From positions 1-44,132 of IMG/VR virus record IMGVR_UViG_3300029318_000016: a stretch of 44,132 bases of DNA. One strand, 5' to 3'. Each line of letters opens with the position of its first letter. Within the stretch, counting starts at the first letter, position 1. Shown here one piece after another: positions 8,123-16,120 of this stretch. The notes below the pieces were generated by a model. The model worked only from the letters and a program-made list of their open reading frames with translations, searched no databases and was not told the DNA's origin. Source of the stretch: a virus. Taxonomy: Duplodnaviria > Caudoviricetes. Made by a program: the position numbers and the translations under genes.

Positions 8123-9688
8123 TCAGCAGTTCCACGCCCTCAGAGATTTGTTGATTCTGCTATCAGGATCGTTAGCAGTTTTGCTACTAGTTAGTTTCTT
8201 TTTCATTCCCTTCATTCTCGCACAAAAGCTCTTTCTACGAGGGTTCCCAACTTTCTTTGAAGGTCTCTTAAGATCGCTTCCTGGGTTCTCACGTTCATAC
8301 GACTTCCTGCCTTTTTCATTTAATCCTCCAGATTGATTTTTACCAGACTTTTTTGTCCATGCTGCTCCTTCCTGAACTTCAGTTTCTTCGTTCTTGGGAA
8401 CGCAATTAGGAACCATTCTACCACCTTTTTTCTTCATACCAACTTGCTTATGGGTATCCCAGCAAGGATCTTTTTTCTCTTCTAGTTCTGATCTCCAATC
8501 AGATTGTTCAAATCTTACTTTTGGTTTTACTTTTTTCTTACCATCAGCAGATGGAACAAATGATCCAGTTTCAGGAGACTTCATATCTACACTATCAACA
8601 TCACCATCAACATCAGCATCAACTCTTTGAGTTGCTTTTATTGAAAGTTTTTTGAGATTACCACCACCAATCTTAGATTCTTTTTCTTCATTCATTTTCT
8701 CACGTTTTGCCTTTGCCTTGGCAAGCAATCTTTCTTTAGCAGCATCCTGTTCTTTTTTGGGGATAGCAGTAACGGCACCAACTTTCTGATCTATATCTCC
8801 AGGTGCATATCCTTCTTTCTTTACACAGTTATTATAGGTCTTACCAAACATCTTTTTGGTGCCTTTCTTCTCATATCCAGGCCAGCACTTCTGTGCTTTC
8901 TTCTCTTCAAGTGTTTCACCCTTCAGTGGTTCTGGTTTGATGAGATCAATAAATTCATATTCAGTTGCTTTGAAGTCATCTCTCCAGTTTGATAATTCAT
9001 ATGACTCTTTCTTAGTGCTGTTACCCCAGTTGGCAGCACCAACCTTACGGCACTTAACTAGAGCACCTGAGGCATATGCAGAAGGCCAGACAGAATAACG
9101 TGACTTGACCTTATGATAGCAGGCATCTTTGGTGCCACTACCTTTGCCTTTCTTATCCTTTCCTTCGATAATTTCTACTTCTTCTTTTTTCATTTTCTTT
9201 TTGTCAGTAGCAACGTAAGTTGGTTTTGCAGCACCAGATTTTTGTTGTTGACCCGGATCTGCTGCTTTCTTTCTTCTTTGAGCAGAAAGTCTTTCTTTTT
9301 CACTCATGCTTGCTCTTTTTGCTGAAGAGACACACTTTGGTGTTCCCTCTCCTGGTTCATCACTTGCACAGGTTCCACCTGTTACAACATTGACCCATCC
9401 ACCTTTACCATCTTTTGATTTGGATCCCTTAAACCATTTATGAAGGGTTCCCTCACTCATTCCTCCTCCACCGTTACCTCCGTTGGATCCACCATTGCCA
9501 CTCCCATTCCCATTGCCACCATTCCCAGAACCATTACCATTACCATTACCATTTTCGTTATCGTCTATAGAATGTCCATTTTCTTTTCGTAGATATCCAG
9601 CACGACCTACTACCTTAAACCCTTTTGGGATAGGTTTGCACTTTTCATCTGTATAACAATAATAATATCCGCTCTTACACTTTTTCAT
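8123..9688 (-). CDS. Modular Lys-rich, Cys-pair protein between gp16 and gp17; putative internal head polyprotein
   Basis: About 521 aa from ATG at 9688; repeated CW...NCV and S(N/D)WR modules separated by hydrophobic-x-Glu motifs; has its own CTAAATA late box. Confidence 0.85.
   Translation of the reverse strand: MKKCKSGYYYCYTDEKCKPIPKGFKVVGRAGYLRKENGHSIDDNENGNGNGNGSGNGGNGNGSGNGGSNGGNGGGGMSEGTLHKWFKGSKSKDGKGGWVNVVTGGTCASDEPGEGTPKCVSSAKRASMSEKERLSAQRRKKAADPGQQQKSGAAKPTYVATDKKKMKKEEVEIIEGKDKKGKGSGTKDACYHKVKSRYSVWPSAYASGALVKCRKVGAANWGNSTKKESYELSNWRDDFKATEYEFIDLIKPEPLKGETLEEKKAQKCWPGYEKKGTKKMFGKTYNNCVKKEGYAPGDIDQKVGAVTAIPKKEQDAAKERLLAKAKAKREKMNEEKESKIGGGNLKKLSIKATQRVDADVDGDVDSVDMKSPETGSFVPSADGKKKVKPKVRFEQSDWRSELEEKKDPCWDTHKQVGMKKKGGRMVPNCVPKNEETEVQEGAAWTKKSGKNQSGGLNEKGRKSYERENPGSDLKRPSKKVGNPRRKSFCARMKGMKKKLTSSKTANDPDSRINKSLRAWNC
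9461..9559 (-). repeat. Gly/Asn low-complexity coding repeat
   Basis: NENGNGNGNGSGNGGNGNGSGNGGSNGGNGGGG; tandem ccatta units in the DNA. Confidence 0.9.
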
Positions 9689-9703
9689 CAATAAAAAAGT
9701 AAA

Positions 9704-10132
9704 TTACTCTTTATTATTTAGAAAACCTTGTTTTAACATTTTTTGAAGTTCTGAAGTAGAACCTACAAATACTGCATTATTAGTAACGTTATTTGTAGTC
9801 TTTTTAGACTCATCTTCAACGTCTTTAAGTTTCTTTTGTAAATCAATAAGTTTATCAGTTGTATCCGCAACACTCTTAATCAACTGCCCAGCGACCTCAT
9901 ATGCCCTTGGACTGCCTCCTTCACCTGCTACCTCCATAATGCCATTAATTGCCTCCTGTCCCTTTTCTATGAGGGAGTAGAGATTCGCACGACTATAACT
10001 ATAATCCTTCTCTATATCATCTTCCTTAGATTTAACAATCTCAGGTTTTTTAATCGGTTTTGTTTCCACAATATCACTTTCAATATTTAAAGCTTCATCG
10101 ATAGAATCATAATTATTATTCATGATAATCAA
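9704..10132 (-). CDS. gp16: Terminase small subunit gp16 (true start possibly ATG at 10123)
   Basis: SPRAYEVAGQLIK and NNAVFVGSTSELQKML motifs; synteny. Confidence 0.93.
   Translation of the reverse strand: MIIMNNNYDSIDEALNIESDIVETKPIKKPEIVKSKEDDIEKDYSYSRANLYSLIEKGQEAINGIMEVAGEGGSPRAYEVAGQLIKSVADTTDKLIDLQKKLKDVEDESKKTTNNVTNNAVFVGSTSELQKMLKQGFLNNKE
9715..9721 (-). promoter_or_regulatory. Variant late promoter CTAAATA within the gp16 3' end
   Basis: 27 nt upstream of the ATG at 9688. Confidence 0.55.
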
Positions 10133-10932
10133 ATATCCTCTTGTCTGGTTGGACTAAAATCTTTAGAGTTTGGCAAGAATGTCCAATCTTCAGTAAATCC
10201 AAAATCGTCAGTTGGATCTGCAGTTATTGGATCTACAGAAGCAACATATCTCATTTCACGTTTTGCAACAGTTGTATCTGTACCCGAAGAAATATCTGCT
10301 TGAACTTTTCTGATAAGTCCATCAGAGGATTCTGCAATCGGACCAAACAGATAAGTTTTTGCACTAAATCTCAGTGTATAAATGAGTGCCCTTCTTGTTT
10401 GAAATGAACCCTCATAATCATCTTGGAAATCAATACTATCAAGAACGATTGGAATATCTCTTTTTTCACCAATAGAACTAACTAAATCTACAGTTAAGTT
10501 GAATGATGGTTGAAAGAAAGGGAGTATCTGTTCAATAATCTGAAGAGCATCATCATTTAACTTGCTAAAAATATTAAGTTCAAACTCAATATTATAAGGG
10601 ACTGGCATGAATACCTTTTTCATTTTACTGGTGCCAGTATCAACAGCTTTGAAAGTTTGAGTCACACCAGTTTTTCTAGTCGCATCATATGAAATTCTAG
10701 TCATCTCAAATGACATTCTTGGAAGAGTAATAGCAATTGATTTTGTCAGTTGCTCTTGTTCTTGAATTTTTGCTAAAAACTTCTGCATTGGTCCATAAGA
10801 TAGACCAACTTTTGTTTCATCTAAAATAGTTCCATCACTCTTTGTGTGTCTGATAGAAATATCATTAAATAAAGTTCCAAAACTAATAATAGTTTTTCTT
10901 ATAATTTCGTGATAAAAGTATGTTCCTAACAT
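10129..10932 (-). CDS. gp15: Tail sheath stabiliser/terminator gp15
   Basis: YFYHEIIRK...FGTLFN, LPRMSFE, PVPYN, QIIEQILPFFQP. Confidence 0.96.
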   Translation of the reverse strand: MLGTYFYHEIIRKTIISFGTLFNDISIRHTKSDGTILDETKVGLSYGPMQKFLAKIQEQEQLTKSIAITLPRMSFEMTRISYDATRKTGVTQTFKAVDTGTSKMKKVFMPVPYNIEFELNIFSKLNDDALQIIEQILPFFQPSFNLTVDLVSSIGEKRDIPIVLDSIDFQDDYEGSFQTRRALIYTLRFSAKTYLFGPIAESSDGLIRKVQADISSGTDTTVAKREMRYVASVDPITADPTDDFGFTEDWTFLPNSKDFSPTRQEDI

Positions 10933-13436
10933 TAGTAGCTACCAAATGGATTTGACTCTGTAAAATCTATAATATTATCTGCTTCTGTTTCTATCTCTTC
11001 ATTAACGTCATATGGGTTATCATAACTTTCCGAATCATAGTCTTCGACTACATATGTGGCTGATGATATTGAACCAACTATAACTTCACCTGTATTGAAC
11101 TTACCAGTATTTAGTGCAACTCTAAGATTGGTAGTGGGAAGAAGACCTGCTTCTGTTGGGGCAATTATTTTAAAGTCTTTGACTCTTGCGGTAGTTCCTG
11201 AAGTTTGACCAGTAACAATCTCATTGTAAATAAACGTTCCGATGCCAATTGTTGTAAATCCACTAAATTGAATTCCTGGTGTTTGAGTAAATTCTGTTCC
11301 ACCTTTAAGAATTCTTAATTCACCAATTTTTTTATCAGCAGTAATCAATGCAATAGCAGAAGCACCTACTCCTATACTACCAAATTCATCATCATTAGAT
11401 ATTTCAATTGTTGGTGCTACAGTATATCCAGATCCGGGATTTGTAATCGTTAATGCGGATATTGTACCTCCAGCACCAATTATTGCAGTAGCAACTGCTG
11501 TTGTACCAATACCTGTAGTTACAGTTTCAATGTCTATATTTCCTGAATCGTCTCCACCAACACTACTTGTCAAACGAGTTCCACTATTTGGTGTATCAAG
11601 ATTACCCATATCACGTAAAGATCTTCTACTATATGCACCACTGAATCCATCAGTTCTTGCCATAGTTCCAATTTGAATATCAATCTGACCTGGGATTGCT
11701 TCGTAGAAAGTGGCTTCATAAACCATATTTGGAGAACCTAATGTGCCACTAGTATCATTGGTTCCCTCTGAACGGACTATGAAGGTTCTATTTGGTGAAG
11801 TTCCTACTGCACCATGGAATATTCTTTGAACTGAATTATCACCAGCCTGCATCATAATTTTATTCAGTGTTGGACTTGTTTTACTGAAACTTTGACGTTG
11901 ATTGCTACCAGAACCAAAGGTCAAATAGTTGTTTGTTCCAACATAAACTTTATTATATGTTTGTCCGTGATAATTAATGTTAAATGGTATATCTACCTCA
12001 AAATATCCATCATCATTGCCCCCACTAGATACACTCGTTACTGTAGTAAGTCCTGTTGCTCCCACTAAATTATTAGCGATTGTTGTTGCTGTTATAATTC
12101 CAACTAAATGGTATCTGTGACCTCCCCCACCTGTATAATCAGCACCTCCATATTCAACTGACACTGCAGATATTCGATTCGACCCATCAACCGCAGTTAC
12201 ATTAATAAGTGCAGAATTTCCGGGATCGTTTTCAGCAACAGTCGAGAATGGTTCTAACTGATATTGACCAACGGAATAACCATCACCGGTACTGTCAATT
12301 GATATTGTGTCGATAACACCAGTTCTTGTTGGTGGACCATCTATTGTTACAGGTGGGTTAGCAGTATATCCAACACCAGGATTAGTTAATAATGCTGATA
12401 TAGTTCCACCAGCACCAACTGTTGCAGTTGCGGTTGCACCTAAATTATCAGGTCTAACGAATGTAATAGTAGGCACAGTTGCATATCCATTTCCAGAATT
12501 GGTTAATGTCAATGTATTGACACTAGTAGTACCTATTGAACATGTAGCAGCTGCTCCTGTTCCACCTCCACCACTTATTGAAATTGTTGGTGGAGTTGTA
12601 TATCCAGATCCACCATTTGTTATTTCAAGTCTTAAAATTGATTGAACATTTGCTCTACTAGTTGTAATGGCAACTGCTGTAGCAACAACATCTCCTCCAG
12701 CAATATTTGGTGGATCTGAGAACGTAATTGTAGGTGTTGAAGTATACCCACTACCATCGTTATTTAAAAATATTTCATTAATAGCACCAGTTCCGATAGA
12801 TGCTGTTGCGGTAGCAGTCACTGCAGAACCAACTAACGTTAAAGATGTAATATATCCCTCATCTTCTACAGTATTATCAACTTCGTCAATATTTGTATCG
12901 ACAAGTTCATTTTCATATTCATAGAGTTCACAACTTAATTCATATGTATAATTTGATCCCAATTGATAAAATGGTTTTTCAACTTCTACTCTTTTAATTT
13001 CAAATAATCTTTCTCCAAGAGGAAAATAAATTAAGTCTCCTTCTTTTGGTCTTGTGATTAAGTCTGCAAAATCATAATCAGTAATTCTACCTTCCCTTAT
13101 ACCTGACTGAATGCCTTCTAAAAATGGTGCAATAAATTCTTCATACCTCTCTTTAGATATTGTTAAACTTATTTCATTTTTCAATCTAAGACCAAATTTG
13201 GTCATAATATCGCTATCAGGAGCATATCCCTCATAGTTATTGATATAAGCTTCAAGCATAAAAACATCATCAAATTTTGATGATTGAATTTCACGAATAA
13301 TATTATCAGTTTTAAAAATTTTTCTAGGTAGATAATAAACATCTACACCATAAATTCTTAACTGTTCATTAATTAAATCTTGAACAAGAAACTGTTCATT
13401 CGGAGATCCTTGAAGAAAAAATGGGTTTAATGGCAT
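10932..13436 (-). CDS. gp14: Neck protein gp14 with a large multi-domain insertion
   Basis: N-terminal GVDVYYLPR, KFGL, RPKEGDLIYFP, PFYQLG; C-terminal DFTESNPFG; about 540 aa of GSGY-repeat and NIDO-like sequence in between. Confidence 0.93.
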   Translation of the reverse strand: MPLNPFFLQGSPNEQFLVQDLINEQLRIYGVDVYYLPRKIFKTDNIIREIQSSKFDDVFMLEAYINNYEGYAPDSDIMTKFGLRLKNEISLTISKERYEEFIAPFLEGIQSGIREGRITDYDFADLITRPKEGDLIYFPLGERLFEIKRVEVEKPFYQLGSNYTYELSCELYEYENELVDTNIDEVDNTVEDEGYITSLTLVGSAVTATATASIGTGAINEIFLNNDGSGYTSTPTITFSDPPNIAGGDVVATAVAITTSRANVQSILRLEITNGGSGYTTPPTISISGGGGTGAAATCSIGTTSVNTLTLTNSGNGYATVPTITFVRPDNLGATATATVGAGGTISALLTNPGVGYTANPPVTIDGPPTRTGVIDTISIDSTGDGYSVGQYQLEPFSTVAENDPGNSALINVTAVDGSNRISAVSVEYGGADYTGGGGHRYHLVGIITATTIANNLVGATGLTTVTSVSSGGNDDGYFEVDIPFNINYHGQTYNKVYVGTNNYLTFGSGSNQRQSFSKTSPTLNKIMMQAGDNSVQRIFHGAVGTSPNRTFIVRSEGTNDTSGTLGSPNMVYEATFYEAIPGQIDIQIGTMARTDGFSGAYSRRSLRDMGNLDTPNSGTRLTSSVGGDDSGNIDIETVTTGIGTTAVATAIIGAGGTISALTITNPGSGYTVAPTIEISNDDEFGSIGVGASAIALITADKKIGELRILKGGTEFTQTPGIQFSGFTTIGIGTFIYNEIVTGQTSGTTARVKDFKIIAPTEAGLLPTTNLRVALNTGKFNTGEVIVGSISSATYVVEDYDSESYDNPYDVNEEIETEADNIIDFTESNPFGSY

Positions 13437-13441
13437 AACTA

Positions 13442-14305
13442 TTAACCAATCATATCCATGGGTGGAAGTTCATAATCAGAAGACATTTTTTGTTTTATTT
13501 CATCCAGTTCTCTCTGACCATCTTCATAAATTGCTCTACCATTTAGTTCAACTCCACCTGGAAGTTTGACTCCTTGAAATTTAATTAAATTTTGTCCCCA
13601 CTGTTTTTTAATTGCTGCAGTAAGGTATCTTTTAACAAAACTATCATTATATACTTTTGAAAAATTTTCTGGATCCATTGCTCTATAACATTCAATCACC
13701 AAGAAATTATTTACTTCTTGTGCATTCCAGTCAATATCAAGATATAATCTATTTTGTCTTTGATTAAATCTAACTTGTTTATCGGTTGTCAAGAGAAAAT
13801 CTATATCTTCCAAATATGATTTGGTCATTCTATATGTCAATAAATCAACAGAATTGAAGAAATATAAATCATTTAAAAACAACTGATACTTGATACTGAA
13901 CATTCCGCCAGAAATAGAACTAGTATCAAACTTAAATATTTTTTCTATACCAATTACAGAATCTGGAACTTGAATAAAATTCGATGTCTCATAAAAGTTT
14001 GATGTAACTGTTCCAAAACCTGATATATTAGTTGATGTTCCTGTGGTAGTGACAATTCCAACACCAGTAGTAGTAATACCGGCAGATGAAGTTCCACCTC
14101 TTCCACGATCAATATCATCTTGACTAATTTGATATTTCAAATATGTTTTCTCTACACCATCAAAATGCCTTTCATTGAAAAATTGAATAGTATCGTCAAG
14201 TAAATCATCAACCTGTTCATCTGCAACATTAATTTCAAGAACAGGTGCTCCTAATTGTCTTAAACAATAATCTTTTAATTCTTGCTTAGTAGTTGGTTTT
14301 GCCAT
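13442..14305 (-). CDS. gp13: Neck protein gp13
   Basis: LKDYCLRQLGAPVLEINV, KKQWGQNLIKF, LPGGVELNG. Confidence 0.96.
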   Translation of the reverse strand: MAKPTTKQELKDYCLRQLGAPVLEINVADEQVDDLLDDTIQFFNERHFDGVEKTYLKYQISQDDIDRGRGGTSSAGITTTGVGIVTTTGTSTNISGFGTVTSNFYETSNFIQVPDSVIGIEKIFKFDTSSISGGMFSIKYQLFLNDLYFFNSVDLLTYRMTKSYLEDIDFLLTTDKQVRFNQRQNRLYLDIDWNAQEVNNFLVIECYRAMDPENFSKVYNDSFVKRYLTAAIKKQWGQNLIKFQGVKLPGGVELNGRAIYEDGQRELDEIKQKMSSDYELPPMDMIG

Positions 14306-15549
14306 CAGAATGAACCTCCGTCAATAAGTCCTGCAGTGAGTGTTCCTGCAACAAATACATCATTAGAAAACGTTGCAATACCAACAAATGTTGATAGTCC
14401 AGCAACGTGTAAGTCTCTAGAAAGTGTCAAGTCTCCACCAGCAGTTAGTGTAGATGCGGCACCAGGAAAACCTGCCTCAAGACCACTTCTAGCAGTAATT
14501 AGTCCAATGGCATCAACATTGGTTACATCTTCATACGTAAGTGTTCCCGCAATGGAAACATTGTTTGCAAATGATGCATTACCTACAAATGTGGAAACAC
14601 CAGATACATTTAGATGATTGAGTTGAGTCTGATCTTCTACATCTAAATTGGAATTAGCATCAATAGTAAGAAATGTGGCAATACCAGAAACATTTACGTC
14701 ATCTAATTCAGTTTGACCATCTACATCTAAGTCACCTTTAGCATCAATAATTCCAATAAAAGTTGATACTCCAGCAATTCTGAGATTATTTTCAACATTA
14801 AGTTGACTTCCGTCAAAAGTTAAGTTAGCATCATCTTCAAGTTCACCACCTGTTCCGGCAATAACAATTCTATCGTTTGTTAAATCCTCTACTTTAAGTG
14901 TGTTTGCTTGTGCTCCGGAATTAATATCGAGAAGACCTGATGTGGTGGTGACACCTGATACATTCAAATCATCCAACTCAGTATGACCATCAACATCTAA
15001 ATTTCCACTTAGAGTTGCATTTCTTGCTGTTATTTCATCTAATACTATATCATCTTCAATATAAAGATCTCCTCCGATATAGAGATCTCCTCCAGTGGTT
15101 GTAATTCCACCAGATGATGCTAAAGTTGTAATACCAACAGATTTAAATGAACCGTTTACATCCAAACCATTTAGGATGTCAACCGCAGCATTAATATCAA
15201 GGTTTGATGCAAAAGTAGAAACTCCAGCAACTGTAATACCTTCACCAATATTTACTTTCTTTGCTACTCCAATTCCACCATTAACAATTAAAGCACCATT
15301 TGCTGATGTTGTGGAATTTTGAGTGTTTGAAAATGTAACAATACCACTAATATTCAAGGATGACGAATCAATCGTATCCGTCATGTAGAATGATTCTGTT
15401 GTAAGATCCCATACAAGGATCATTCCATCTCTAGTTTTTAGAGTGGAGTCAACATCACTTAAATTGACCAATCTTGTTGGCGGTGCTGAAGCATTAGATA
15501 GTACACGGATTACGTTCTGAGAACCAATCCTGTCGTTGATATTAGGCAT
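14305..15549 (-). CDS. Fibre-like virion structural protein
   Basis: Repeats of GVSTF/GIATF and three LDV(D/E)x(H/Q)TxLxxxNVSG units; C-terminal IDGGSF; coupled to gp13. Confidence 0.75.
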   Translation of the reverse strand: MPNINDRIGSQNVIRVLSNASAPPTRLVNLSDVDSTLKTRDGMILVWDLTTESFYMTDTIDSSSLNISGIVTFSNTQNSTTSANGALIVNGGIGVAKKVNIGEGITVAGVSTFASNLDINAAVDILNGLDVNGSFKSVGITTLASSGGITTTGGDLYIGGDLYIEDDIVLDEITARNATLSGNLDVDGHTELDDLNVSGVTTTSGLLDINSGAQANTLKVEDLTNDRIVIAGTGGELEDDANLTFDGSQLNVENNLRIAGVSTFIGIIDAKGDLDVDGQTELDDVNVSGIATFLTIDANSNLDVEDQTQLNHLNVSGVSTFVGNASFANNVSIAGTLTYEDVTNVDAIGLITARSGLEAGFPGAASTLTAGGDLTLSRDLHVAGLSTFVGIATFSNDVFVAGTLTAGLIDGGSF

Positions 15550-15884
15550 TACTTGGTTACCCCTGCTCTTACTAATGCTGCTCCCTCAACAGCTTTATAC
15601 GATTTCCCTTGAACTATAAGTTTTACATCAAAAACATGCCTTCCGGGAGTTAAATTTGAAGTTTGTGAGGAGGTTAAAGAAATAGAAATAATACCTTGTT
15701 CTGGACTTGTAATAGACGATCCAAAAGCAATAGAAGAGTTTGCACCATAATGTTTTCTTATTTCTCCAGTAGCTCCATATCCAGTCAAATTCATGAGGGA
15801 ATTTGTTCTAGTATCTTCTAATTGAAATGACGTGTCGAAGTCATATCCCTGCTCAATCACAATATTAGATACATAAACGGCCAT
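15549..15884 (-). CDS. Small virion adaptor-type protein (resembles BppU N-terminal-like beta domains)
   Basis: IVIEQGYDF...NLTGY...IRK...GIISISLT..QT..L.PGRHVFDV pattern; late promoter upstream. Confidence 0.65.
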   Translation of the reverse strand: MAVYVSNIVIEQGYDFDTSFQLEDTRTNSLMNLTGYGATGEIRKHYGANSSIAFGSSITSPEQGIISISLTSSQTSNLTPGRHVFDVKLIVQGKSYKAVEGAALVRAGVTK

Positions 15885-15912
15885 TATTTTGTGATTCTAA
15901 TATATCTCTAGC

Positions 15913-15920
15913 TATTTATA
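15913..15920 (-). promoter_or_regulatory. Late promoter TATAAATA
   Basis: Exact consensus 29 nt upstream of the ATG at 15884. Confidence 0.8.
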
Positions 15921-15925
15921 ATCAG

Positions 15926-16120
15926 TTACTTATTCAAAATTTCATGAAGTAAAGATTTTATCTCATTAATATCTTTTTTCATTTCATCCAATTCTTTTTT
16001 ACGTAAATCTTTTTGTGTAATAGAATTGACATATTGATTATATCCGGTGATATCACAGTTTACGATAGCACCGGTATTTTCATCTCTGTATAGATTGGAG
16101 TGTCCTTCTACTTTTATCAT
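15926..16120 (-). CDS. Small conserved hypothetical protein with a C-terminal coiled coil
   Basis: KVEGHSNLYRDENTGAIVN...DINEIKSLL; ATGA overlap with the 2489-aa gene. Confidence 0.8.
   Translation of the reverse strand: MIKVEGHSNLYRDENTGAIVNCDITGYNQYVNSITQKDLRKKELDEMKKDINEIKSLLHEILNK

Noticed and set aside
9461-9559. Tandem ccatta repeats as CRISPR or VNTR regulatory element
   Set aside because: They are in-frame codon repeats encoding a Gly/Asn linker, with no spacers.
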